A stretch of 22,681 bases of DNA from a bacterium (GTDB lineage: Bacteria > Electryoneota > Electryoneia > Electryoneales > Electryoneaceae): the NCBI GenBank assembly GCA_043801585.1, contig JAZDLX010000186.1, forward strand, positions 1 through 22,681, written 5' to 3'. Positions 1 through 8,537 of the stretch are shown in pieces (the stretch's first letter is position 1; the number at the start of each line of letters is the position of its first letter). A program made the translations under genes and the position numbers. Below the pieces are notes generated by a model that worked only from the letters and a program-made list of their open reading frames with translations, ran no database searches and had not been told where the DNA came from.

Positions 1-20
1 CCCGTTTTCAGGAGGCCAGC

Positions 21-731
21 ATGACTTCCCTTGTCCAAACAACCATCGGGAGGGCGTGGGCAGCGCTGCTTCTGTCCCTGCTGCTCGCGCTTCCCGCCGT
101 CGCGGAGAAGAAAATGATCAACCTTCCCCCTGCCAACACAGACGGAACGATGAGTCTCGAAAAGGCACTCGTTTCCCGCCGCTCGGTACGCTCGTTCACA
201 AGCGACCCCCTCAACCTGCAGCAGGTTTCGCAGCTTCTCTGGGCGGCGCAGGGAATGACCCCCGCTCGTGAAAATCAGACATCGCCCCCGTCACGAGGGT
301 ACCGGACCGCACCTTCCGCGGGAGCACTCTATCCCCTCGAATTGTATATTGTCGTCCAGCACGTCCAGGGGCTTGACCCGGGCGTCTATCACTACGACCC
401 GAAATACCACACCCTCGAACAGGTGGCGGCGGACAAAACGGTTCAGGAGCTTTCAGACGCCGCGCTGGGGCAGGAATCGATGAAGGAGGCGGCGATCTGC
501 GTGGTGATCACCTCGGTGGCCAGCCGCCTCGAGGCGAAATACCGGGACCGAGCCTGGCGTTATGCCGCAATGGAGAGCGGTCACGCTGCGCAGAACCTGC
601 TGCTCGAAGCCACGGCGCTGGGGTTGGGAGCGGTGCCCGCGGGCGCGTTTCAGGACAACCTTGTGAAACAGCTGCTCGGCGTGACCAACGACGTGTTTTA
701 CATCCTGCCTGTGGGATATGCTGCGGAGTGA
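21..731 (+). CDS. SagB/ThcOx-family nitroreductase (FMN-dependent dehydrogenase), with N-terminal signal-like segment
   Basis: GGAGG RBS upstream; motifs RRSVRSF, LLWAAQG, RTAPSAGALYPLELY, ESGHAAQNLLL..TALGLGAVPAGAF typical of the SagB-type nitroreductase family. Confidence 0.9.
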   Translation: MTSLVQTTIGRAWAALLLSLLLALPAVAEKKMINLPPANTDGTMSLEKALVSRRSVRSFTSDPLNLQQVSQLLWAAQGMTPARENQTSPPSRGYRTAPSAGALYPLELYIVVQHVQGLDPGVYHYDPKYHTLEQVAADKTVQELSDAALGQESMKEAAICVVITSVASRLEAKYRDRAWRYAAMESGHAAQNLLLEATALGLGAVPAGAFQDNLVKQLLGVTNDVFYILPVGYAAE

Positions 732-781
732 ACAACGATTATAGCTTTGCTAGGGAGGTTCTACACAAATTGGTTAGTTTT

Positions 782-895
782 GTAGCCCGGGACCACCGCG
801 TCCCGGGGAATTCAATCACCGCATCGTAGCCCGGGACCACCGTGTCCCGGGATCATCAGTTCCCCTGTCGTAATTCGGGACCACTGCGTCCCGGG
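782..895 (+). repeat. Three tandem GTAG-type REP hairpins (782-807, 826-851, 870-895), 26-bp unit, 44-bp period
   Basis: GTAG + CCCGGGAC-CACCG(C/T)-GTCCCGGG (8-bp stem, 6-nt loop). The third copy is degenerate (GTAATTCGGGACCACTGCGTCCCGGG). Copies are separated by two different 18-nt spacers and lie next to the RAYT gene. Confidence 0.9.
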
Positions 896-898
896 ATC

Positions 899-1402
899 CT
901 ATGGTTCTCCCGTTTCCAATTGTTCTCCACTCGCCCCCTCCGACCAATCCATTGGATACATTCCTCGCTCCACATATTCACGGAAACTGGAGTACTCCCA
1001 ATCCCTCGGGCTTGTTACATATCCATGCTTGACCGGATTGTAATGGATGTACTCAACGTGACGAATTCGATCAATCTCGTCGCGGATTCTGTGTTCCCAG
1101 AAACGGGCCTGCCAGATTGTTCCTTCATTCCCCACATAATGCCAATTGATACGCCGTTTGATGCGGCTGACTAGGTCAGAGAATGGTTGAGATCCTTGGC
1201 GCAGGATAACATGAAGATGGTCCGGGAGGACAACCCAGGCGATTAAATCGCCTGAACTTTGCTCGAGTACATAACGGAGGGCTTGATTGAGGTGGCCTAC
1301 ATCTTCTCGATCATTGAATATTCGTTGACGATCTTTAGTAACGATCGTGAGAAAATATTCTCCATTAGGGTTGGGGGATGATTCTCGACGATATCGAACC
1401 AT
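899..1402 (-). CDS. rayT: REP-associated tyrosine transposase (RAYT / TnpA-REP, Y1 HUH, IS200/IS605 superfamily)
   Basis: YFLTIVT, AWVVLPDHLH (HUH), IWQARFWEHRIRD, YIHYNPVKHG (catalytic Tyr), DWEYSSF; GGAG RBS; flanked by GTAG REPs. Confidence 0.92.
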   Translation of the reverse strand: MVRYRRESSPNPNGEYFLTIVTKDRQRIFNDREDVGHLNQALRYVLEQSSGDLIAWVVLPDHLHVILRQGSQPFSDLVSRIKRRINWHYVGNEGTIWQARFWEHRIRDEIDRIRHVEYIHYNPVKHGYVTSPRDWEYSSFREYVERGMYPMDWSEGASGEQLETGEP

Positions 1403-1671
1403 TATTCATCTCCGTGATTTCGACACAAGGTAATCCCCGGGACACGGTGGTCCCGGGCTACGTAGCTGATGAACACAGCGTATTGGTCGTTCAATCCCCA
1501 ACCCAACGCATAGTTTTTCGTCGGAAGTGTCAGACCCGATTCGTTGATGCCGGAATCTTCAATCATGTAGCTCGGCCCGAGGCTGAACCTGACGAACAGT
1601 CCTTTCTGCGCCTGGGCGGTGGTTGTTAGAGCAAGTATCGCGAGAAACAGAAGCAGCAACTTGTATCGCAT
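1402..1671 (-). pseudogene. 5' fragment of a secreted, probably outer-membrane beta-barrel protein gene, cut at the REP boundary (1461/1462)
   Basis: AGGGGG RBS; ATG 1671; signal peptide MRYKLLLLFLAILALTTTAQA, then beta-strand-like GLFVRFSLGPSY..ALGWGLNDQYAVFISY; the frame then runs through REP sequence (VARDHRVPG) and stops at 1402-1404. Confidence 0.6.
1436..1461 (-). repeat. GTAG-type REP hairpin upstream of RAYT
   Basis: Reverse complement GTAGCCCGGGACCACCGTGTCCCGGG, identical to the copy at 826-851. Confidence 0.9.
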
Positions 1672-1838
1672 TGCCCCCCTTTGGTATCTTGGCAGATACT
1701 TCATGTCATCCTTACTCTAGCCTAATATCAGCTGAAGCGATCTATTAGATTGCTTTAATCATTGCGGAATGAGTACCCAGCATTCTTAGCCACCTATGGC
1801 GCTGAACTTCTAGATCTTTTCTACTAATATACAGTAAG

Positions 1839-2753
1839 TCAAATTTTAGTCATGATGTTAATCACAATTATTACCCAGGCTACATATAACAAGAAAAATG
1901 TTGTGATCACTAGCCATCCCACTGTACTACCAATACTATCCAGTTTCGCTTTAATATACTTTATAATTGCATTATATTTATTCCCTTCAATTGCCCCTCT
2001 GGTTATGTTTATATAACGAATAATTTCTGCTCTCTCCTGTCTGCTTATTGTTGACAAATCTACAATTATTTCTCTTAGATCTTTCTTTTCAATTCCTTCC
2101 TGGATAGCATCTATCTTTAATAAATCTTCTTTTCTTATTTTAACTATTCTAACAATACTTACAACCTGGTTATACAACATCAAAACTAATATAACAGATA
2201 TTAACCAAGATATTGAATATATTGTTGGCTTTTTATCATTACTTTCAGTTATCTCTTTCCTATATATTTCTTTTATATTAGATATTCTTGATGTTATTTT
2301 GTTATTTGAAACATCACCTTCCGATATAACGCTTATATATATTTCATCATTTGGATTTAATAAATCAAAACCTATAGTTGCAACTGTATCATTATAATCG
2401 ACATAATAATTAATATTATTTGGTTTTGTGCTATCTACATTGACGTTAAAAACATTATCATATCTATTAAATTGCATTTGAATAGGCTTAAAAATATCAA
2501 GTTTTGTTATCGGCCTATTTCCGTCATTAACTATCTTAAATGAATATTTTCTAAGTGTATTAATACTTTTATCTTTATATGATACAGATATATTATCTAC
2601 ATCCATCGTTTTTCTGAATACTGCAACATTATTCAATTCTATTGCACTTAGTTTATAGATTGATTTATAATTTTGATACAAAAAAATCCCAATCGTCACC
2701 AATAATGTGATAAAAAATGATATAACGGTAAACCTGCCTTGTTTTTTCTTCAT
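1839..2753 (-). CDS. AT-rich hypothetical membrane protein (about 3 hydrophobic segments, beta-rich soluble domain)
   Basis: 304-aa ORF with GAGG RBS; hydrophobic stretches at N-terminus, around aa 180-200 and at C-terminus; base composition far more AT-rich than flanks. Confidence 0.8.
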   Translation of the reverse strand: MKKKQGRFTVISFFITLLVTIGIFLYQNYKSIYKLSAIELNNVAVFRKTMDVDNISVSYKDKSINTLRKYSFKIVNDGNRPITKLDIFKPIQMQFNRYDNVFNVNVDSTKPNNINYYVDYNDTVATIGFDLLNPNDEIYISVISEGDVSNNKITSRISNIKEIYRKEITESNDKKPTIYSISWLISVILVLMLYNQVVSIVRIVKIRKEDLLKIDAIQEGIEKKDLREIIVDLSTISRQERAEIIRYINITRGAIEGNKYNAIIKYIKAKLDSIGSTVGWLVITTFFLLYVAWVIIVINIMTKI

Positions 2754-2948
2754 CTTTACCTCAAATAAGAAAAATAGCCAGAGAGAATATCAACAACCCT
2801 ATAGAATAAGATCACGCAGTCGAACACACTTCTTGTTATTCCTTTGAGAGCACGTTGCAAGAAATGCGACGACCATTATAATGCAATGTGTGCTTGAGCA
2901 AAAATCTATCCATCACCAAATGGCGACATTGCGCTGCATATCAGGTGC

Positions 2949-4559
2949 CTACATCCTGAATATCCCCATTTCCATTTCCGGGATGAACTGGCGCAGGCTG
3001 GCGGAAATGCCCAGGCCCAGTGCCGTGCGGGTGTCGCGGATGGTCAGAATACCGTCGTCCCAGAGGCGGGCGGTGGCGAAATAGGGGTTTCCCTCCTCCT
3101 CGTACTTGTCGAGGATCGGCTGTTTCATCGCGGCCACTTCCTCGGCGGTCATCAGCGGTTTTCCCGCCGCCTTGAGCTGGTCCTGTTTGACCTGGACGAG
3201 GACGTCCGACGCCTGTTCGCCGCCCATCACCGAGATCCGGGCGTTGGGCCACATCCACATCAACCGCGGGAAGTAACCGCGTCCGCACATGGCGTAGTTG
3301 CCCGCGCCGTAGGAGCCGCCGATGACCAGGGTGAACTTGGGTACGTCGGCATTGGCGACGGTGTGGACCATCTTCGCGCCGTCGCTGGCGATCGCGCCGT
3401 GCTCGTACTCGACGCCGACAATGAAGCCGGTGATGTTCTGCAGGAAGAGCAGCGGGATCTTGCGCTTGGCGCAAAGGGTGATAAAGTGCGCGCCCTTCTT
3501 CGAGGATTCGCTGAAGAGGACGCCGTTGTTGGCGACGATCCCCACCGGGTAGCCCAACACCCGCGCGAAACCGGTGACGAGGGTATTGCCGTAACGAGCT
3601 TTGAACTCGTGGAATTTCGAGCCATCCACCAGCCGGGCAATCACCTCGCGAACATCGTAGGGTTTGCGTATATCCAACGGGATAACGCCGTAGAGTTCCT
3701 CGGGGTCGTAATAGGGATCCTCCGTATCGACCCGTTCGAGGTCGAAACGAGGGCGCGGGCCGAGGTTCTCAACGATGTTGCGCAGGATCTTCAGCGCGTG
3801 ATCGTCATTCTCGGCGAAGTGGTCGGAGACGCCGGATATCCGGGTGTGGACATCCGCCCCGCCGAGCTCCTCGGGTGTGGTCTCGACGCCGGTCGCTGCC
3901 TTGACGAGCGGCGGTCCGCCGATGAAAATCGTCCCCTGTTCCTTGACGATCACCGTCTCATCGCTCATCGCGGGGACGTATGCACCACCCGCGGTGCAGG
4001 ACCCCATGACGCAACTGAGCTGAGGGATACTGAGGCGGCTCATCCGTGCCTGGTTGTAGAAGATGCGGCCGAAGTGGTTCTGGTCCGGGAAGGTGCCCGC
4101 CTGTTCGGGCAGGAAGATGCCGCCGCTGTCCACGAGGTAGATGCAGGGCAGGTTGTTTTCCTGGGCGACCTGCTGAGCGCGCAGGTGTTTTTTGATCGTC
4201 ATCGGGAAATAGGTGCCGCCTTTGACCGTGGCGTCGTTGGCGACGATCACGCATTCCTGCCCGTGGACCACGCCGATGCCGGTGACGACCCCCGCGCCGG
4301 GCGCTTCGTCGTTGTACATGCCGTAGGCGGCGAGGGCGTTCATTTCGAGGAAAGGTGTGTCCGGATCGAGCAGGACGTTGATCCGTTCACGGGCGGTCAT
4401 CTTTCCGCGCGACTTGTGCCGCTCGACGTATTTGGGCGGACCGCCGGCACGAATCCGTTCATAAATCTCGAGGTACTCCGTTTCGAGGCGTTTATGGTAC
4501 TCGACATTGGCCTGGAAGTCCGGGTCGGTCGTGCGAACCTGCGACGGGATACGGAACAC
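2949..4559 (-). CDS. mccB: Carboxyl transferase, 3-methylcrotonyl-CoA carboxylase beta subunit-like
   Basis: [72 protein letters not shown]. Start moved to GTG 4559 (GGGAG RBS, downstream of a promoter at 4600-4628). Confidence 0.88.
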   Translation of the reverse strand: MFRIPSQVRTTDPDFQANVEYHKRLETEYLEIYERIRAGGPPKYVERHKSRGKMTARERINVLLDPDTPFLEMNALAAYGMYNDEAPGAGVVTGIGVVHGQECVIVANDATVKGGTYFPMTIKKHLRAQQVAQENNLPCIYLVDSGGIFLPEQAGTFPDQNHFGRIFYNQARMSRLSIPQLSCVMGSCTAGGAYVPAMSDETVIVKEQGTIFIGGPPLVKAATGVETTPEELGGADVHTRISGVSDHFAENDDHALKILRNIVENLGPRPRFDLERVDTEDPYYDPEELYGVIPLDIRKPYDVREVIARLVDGSKFHEFKARYGNTLVTGFARVLGYPVGIVANNGVLFSESSKKGAHFITLCAKRKIPLLFLQNITGFIVGVEYEHGAIASDGAKMVHTVANADVPKFTLVIGGSYGAGNYAMCGRGYFPRLMWMWPNARISVMGGEQASDVLVQVKQDQLKAAGKPLMTAEEVAAMKQPILDKYEEEGNPYFATARLWDDGILTIRDTRTALGLGISASLRQFIPEMEMGIFRM

Positions 4560-4599
4560 GGGATGCTCCCTGTCTGGTTGGTCGTTGGACTGTTGGCAT

Positions 4600-4628
4600 A
4601 GTGTAGCACCCCCTCCCTGTTCGCGCAA
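4600..4628 (-). promoter_or_regulatory. Putative sigma70 promoter for the carboxyl transferase gene
   Basis: TTGCGC-N17-TACACT with extended -10 TGn, about 40 nt above the GTG start. Confidence 0.55.
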
Positions 4629-4917
4629 GTCGCCCCATCGACCCTCCTGAATGCCCTCATTGTCTCCGGTGAACCAACAATCTCTCGAGGAGTTGGAACC
4701 GGGAGGGCCATGCCTTGTGAAACGGATACGAACACGGCGTTGGAAATTGTGGCTCCGGACTTCGCATCACGCAGTACCAAAGTGCCCATAGCCACATCGA
4801 AGGACCCCTGAACCCGGTCCTTCACCACACTTCAAGGTACTACAGTACCCTTGCGGCGAAGTGCTGAAGACGGCGGGCTGCAAACGGCCGCTTTCTACAC
4901 TTCCCTCGCCGGAGCCG

Positions 4918-4949
4918 AAAAAGACGGGAGCCGATGGCTCCCGTTCTTT
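4918..4949. terminator. Intrinsic terminator, possibly bidirectional
   Basis: ACGGGAGCC-GAT-GGCTCCCGT stem (4924-4944) with an A-run on the left (T-tail on - strand) and TCTTT on the right; downstream of the 5087-6034 gene. Confidence 0.7.
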
Positions 4950-5086
4950 AAGCGCTATGAATGACTGTCTCCGACGCTTCCTGCCCGGATTCCATCAGCG
5001 TCCTACGTTGACTGGAAAGCACCCTACTCACCGTACAATCAGTCTTCCAACAAGTCTTTTTCTCGAATCCGAAGATCCAGGTGGCG

Positions 5087-6034
5087 TCACATTTTGTAGA
5101 TCACAAAGTGATGTCCATAAATCGCCGCTACCAAATTTCTGTTCGCCGCCACCCCCCACGCTGTTCCGAGCCTGGGAACACCTCCGACATCCTTGGGATT
5201 CGTCACATCGGTGATATCCACCCTCCTCACGCCACCGAGGTTCGCTGCCACGAAGAGCGTCTTTCCGAGAAGGGCGATGTCCGACACCTCCCCCAGCGAT
5301 GGAATCCAGGTGGAGAGAAGCTGAGGCGCCGCCGGTTTCGAGATGTCCACGATTTTCAATCCCTCCACACCTGAGGAGATGAATAGACGCTTTTCCTCAA
5401 GGAGCAGGCTCTGCGGGGATACTGTAATGGCGATGTCGCCGAGTACCTTCGGCGCGTCTGGTTTGTTTACAGAGACAAGAAACACCTTCGACAAGCCACC
5501 CACAGCGAGCAGGGAGTCCTCCACGGCGACCTTGAAGACGGGCTGATCGAATTTGAGCGCACCTGCATTTTTGGGCGTTGCAGGATTCGTAATGTCAATG
5601 ATGATCAGGCCTTTCGCGACGTCCGCGACCAGTGCATACGAACCCGTCACGGCGACATCCCAGGCGCAGTCGGGAGTGCCCAGCCGCCCCACCTCCACAG
5701 GCGAGGAGGTTGTCGCGACGTCGAGGATGATAATGCCCGTCTCCTGGGCGGCGAGGACCAGGTAGTGTCCCCAGCGTGAAAATCCCGAAACCTCTTTGCC
5801 GAGCACCCAAGTGCCGAGCCGATTTGGTTTTGCAGGGTCGGAGAGATCAACGCTTGTGATACGCCCCTCTCCGGAGAGGACCCAGGCGAGATCGCCCTGG
5901 AGGATCACCTTGCGGCCATTCGTCCAATCGTTGAAAATACCGCCAACCTGAGTCAGGTTCTGTGCCAGAGTCGTCGCGTAAAAAAGCAATAGCACCGACA
6001 GGATTGCCGATGTACGCCTGAATAGGGCCTTCAT
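5087..6034 (-). CDS. Secreted LVIVD-repeat (beta-propeller-like) protein
   Basis: AAGGAGG RBS before ATG 6034; signal peptide; repeated units GIIILDVATTSSP, GLIIIDITNPATP, GLKIVDISKPAAP, GVRRVDITDVTNP. Confidence 0.85.
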   Translation of the reverse strand: MKALFRRTSAILSVLLLFYATTLAQNLTQVGGIFNDWTNGRKVILQGDLAWVLSGEGRITSVDLSDPAKPNRLGTWVLGKEVSGFSRWGHYLVLAAQETGIIILDVATTSSPVEVGRLGTPDCAWDVAVTGSYALVADVAKGLIIIDITNPATPKNAGALKFDQPVFKVAVEDSLLAVGGLSKVFLVSVNKPDAPKVLGDIAITVSPQSLLLEEKRLFISSGVEGLKIVDISKPAAPQLLSTWIPSLGEVSDIALLGKTLFVAANLGGVRRVDITDVTNPKDVGGVPRLGTAWGVAANRNLVAAIYGHHFVIYKM

Positions 6035-6285
6035 TGGAAAGCCCTCCTTTCGCACTTCCGTTCGCCGGACTGCGCTGCCCCCGGCCTTGCCCTCATGAAG
6101 GAGGTTCTGCGCAGAGACCGGACACACTTAAATTGCTATTGTTCAACGCACAAGGGCAACGGGGTGCTCTCGGAAGTGGCTCGGCCAGGTCAGTCCTTCA
6201 CGGACAACCTCTCGTCCGTCTTGTGCATACGGTAGCCTTCCCATACGTTTGAACGCGGTTCGACGGGATTTTCTTGGGAGGCAGC

Positions 6286-7752
6286 ATGCGACGGCACTGG
6301 GTTATCTTTCTTCTCCTCGCTGCGGCGAGCGTAGCGCAAGCCCAGACGTTCAACGATTTCATCAACCACCTCGACTCGATTCCGGAGACGGATCGTGCGG
6401 CAGTTGTCGACAGTTTCATGAACGCCATCGACAACCGCGCTCCCTACCTCGAATTTGACACCCTCTGCCACTTCATCTACCGCGGTTCCGCAACCAGCGT
6501 TGGCATTTACGGTGACATGAATGAGTGGGGAGATCCAGTTATTGCGTTGAGCAAAGTATCTGGAACCGACTTCTGGTACGCGAACCGCATCTACGAAGCG
6601 GATGCACGGCTGGATTACAAACTCGTTGTCAATGGCAATTGGATTCTTGATCCGCTGAACCCCTACCAGATGCCGGGAGGCTTTGGACCCAACAGTGAAC
6701 TGCGGATGCCCGCCTATGTGTTTCCTGAAGAGGTGAATTACCTCAGTCCGAATCCCGGCACTGTCAGCAGCTATTCGCTCGCCAGCGACACCCTGATCTA
6801 TGGCAACCCGCGGCCGTATAAAATCTAACTGCCGGCCGATTATGACACGACCGGCGTCACCCGTTACCCTCTAATGGTCGTCCACGATGGCAACGATTAC
6901 CTCAATTTTTGCAGAATGGCCCGTGTACTGGATTACCTGATCGACAACGGCCGGATGGAACCAATGATTGCCGCATTCGTTCCGCCGGCCTCTGGCAGCT
7001 ATCGAACTCAGGAATACGGCACGACTCTCCGGCAGGAGTACATCTATTTCATCGCCGAGGAGTTGATTCCCCACATTGATAGCGCTTACCACACCGATCC
7101 CCACCCCGAGAGCCGTGCGACCATTGGGGATTCCTATGGCGGCAACATCTCTCTGCAACTCGCCGCGTCACATCCAGAGTTGTTCGGCCACGCCGCCGGA
7201 CAGTCGCCGTATGTCAGTTCGGAGTTGCAGGCGTTGCTGGACGTTTCGCCTTCGCTGTCCCTGGACATCTGGGTGGACATCGGGACCTATGACATCGATC
7301 TCCTCAAAATGCAGGTGAACAACACTCTCGTTCCGATCCTGCAGAACCGCGGGTATGATTACGAGCTTCGAAAAATGCACGAAGGGCATTCCTGGGGCAA
7401 TTGGCGGAAAAACCTGCAACCGATCCTAGTCCGTTTCTTTCCGGGAGTCAACGCCTCCAAACCGGAAATGGAGCACAGTTCGTTGCCGTCCGGATTTCAA
7501 CTCCTCTCGAATCATCCGAATCCATTCAACGGAACCACGGTTCTTCGTATTCAACTGAGTAAAAAGGGATGGGCGCGCCTGGCGGTGTATGATCTGCTCG
7601 GGCGCCAGGTAGCAGTCCTGCGAGAGAAGCAGTTTGAGCCGGGGCGCCATGAATTCCCCTTCAATGCAGGAATCCTCGCCAGCGGCACCTACATCGCCCT
7701 GCTCGAAACCGACGGCCTGGTCGAGGCGAGAAGGATCACACTGATCAAGTAG
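6286..7752 (+). pseudogene. Secreted Fes/enterochelin-esterase-like alpha/beta hydrolase with N-terminal E-set/CBM48-like domain and C-terminal T9SS type A sorting domain, interrupted by an in-frame TAA at 6826-6828
   Basis: GGGAGG RBS; signal peptide; ARLDYKLVVNGNWILDPLNP; YKI*LPADY..RYPLMVVHDG continues in frame into ORF 6874-7752; GDSYGG nucleophile elbow; EGHSWGNWR; NHPNPFN..VYDLLGRQVAVL..LASGTY..ITLIK tail. Confidence 0.8.
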
Positions 7753-7789
7753 TCCTCAGTGCGATGTCTCACGGTCCATCGGAACCACT

Positions 7790-7853
7790 AAAACAGGGAC
7801 AGTGTACTCACAATGCCGACGATTCGGCATTGTGAGAACACTGTCCCTGTTTT
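7790..7853. terminator. Long inverted repeat (30-bp arms, 1 mismatch, 4-nt loop), probable bidirectional terminator
   Basis: AAAACAGGGACAGTGTACTCACAATGCCGA-CGAT-TCGGCATTGTGAGAACACTGTCCCTGTTTT between convergent genes, with A/T tails. Confidence 0.75.
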
Positions 7854-7889
7854 TCCGCTACATTTTCACCTGACTCACATCCAGGAAAC

Positions 7890-8525
7890 TTAAAACAATC
7901 CGAATTTCATGGTCATCATCGCGGTCCATCCGCTGAGATCCGAATTGTCGAACAACTCGCTGTCAACACCCGATGCGAACCGCCATGTCACCACACCATT
8001 GACACGCAGCCACCTGGTGACGTTCAGTTCGACACCTGCCCGGGGTTCGGCGACAAAGAAAATGTCGCTCTCCGTCCAACTGTCGGATTTTCGTTTGTTC
8101 TCGACGGTTCCGCCGCCCACCATCACCCCATAAACCGGGTGAATCAACTTTTCAGAGCTGGTGAACAATTCGAAATCAAGTCCAGTTGTACTGCAGGTGA
8201 CGTTATACTTTTCGCCACCAATCGTCATGCTGATAGGATTTTCGAATTCGAAGTTTTCACCTGCGAAGCCAATGCCGAACTTGTGGTTGATAATCAATTG
8301 GCCCTGGTACCCTGACAAGATTACTGTCTTGCCGGCCAGGTGCCCCGCCCCGACACGCCAGGCCCCCATGCCATTGTGTTCATAGCGGTCTTTTCCGAGG
8401 AGGGTGCGTTCTTCCGCATGTACAAATCCCACGCTGAAGAGAACGAATCCGAGGATCATCGCGAACCGAACGGCTGCCGTTAAACCAGTACCAATGGCGC
8501 TCCTGCCCGATTGATGCGTATTCAT
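7890..8525 (-). CDS. Outer-membrane beta-barrel hypothetical protein (paralog 2)
   Basis: AAGGAGG RBS; signal peptide; alternating beta strands; ELNVTRW motif; C-terminal aromatic (KFGLF). Confidence 0.75.
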   Translation of the reverse strand: MNTHQSGRSAIGTGLTAAVRFAMILGFVLFSVGFVHAEERTLLGKDRYEHNGMGAWRVGAGHLAGKTVILSGYQGQLIINHKFGIGFAGENFEFENPISMTIGGEKYNVTCSTTGLDFELFTSSEKLIHPVYGVMVGGGTVENKRKSDSWTESDIFFVAEPRAGVELNVTRWLRVNGVVTWRFASGVDSELFDNSDLSGWTAMMTMKFGLF

Positions 8526-8537
8526 CGTATCCCCTCC

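Larger units (their letters stand above)
782..1461. mobile_element. REPtron-like unit: RAYT bracketed by inverted GTAG-REPs
   Basis: The outermost REPs (782-807 on +, 1436-1461 on -) are inverted copies with 1 mismatch and have GTAG at the outer ends; 680-bp unit. Confidence 0.75.

Noticed and set aside
782..895. CRISPR array interpretation of the repeat-spacer pattern
   Set aside because: Spacers are only 18 nt, there are three repeats, no cas genes or leader, and the repeats are GTAG-REPs with an inverted copy on the other side of a RAYT.
1720..1750. GCCTAAT..ATTAGAT inverted repeat as an integron attC or Xer/dif site
   Set aside because: Too short for attC, lacks the AAC/GTT cores, and does not fit the 11-6-11 dif consensus; no integrase nearby.
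3363..4601. 412-aa + strand ORF
   Set aside because: Antisense shadow of the carboxyl transferase gene, expected from GC-rich codon bias; no recognisable motifs.
4593..4608. TTGGCATAGTGTAGCA as a sigma54 promoter
   Set aside because: Spacing is GG-N9-GC, not the required N10; the sequence is better explained by the - strand sigma70 -10 box.
4397..4828. 143-aa - strand ORF
   Set aside because: Overlaps the mccB promoter and coding start out of frame; no clear RBS or motif.
4799..4865. 6S RNA call based on CCTGAACC..TTCAAGG..TGCGGCG resemblance
   Set aside because: Only scattered short matches; no long rod with a central bubble and no typical zapA/ygfA context. Kept only as an unnamed structured-RNA candidate.
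6826..6828. Programmed recoding or alternative genetic code at the esterase stop
   Set aside because: The codon is TAA (not Sec TGA or Pyl TAG), and TAA ends other genes normally here (sdhD, both beta-barrels, MTase).
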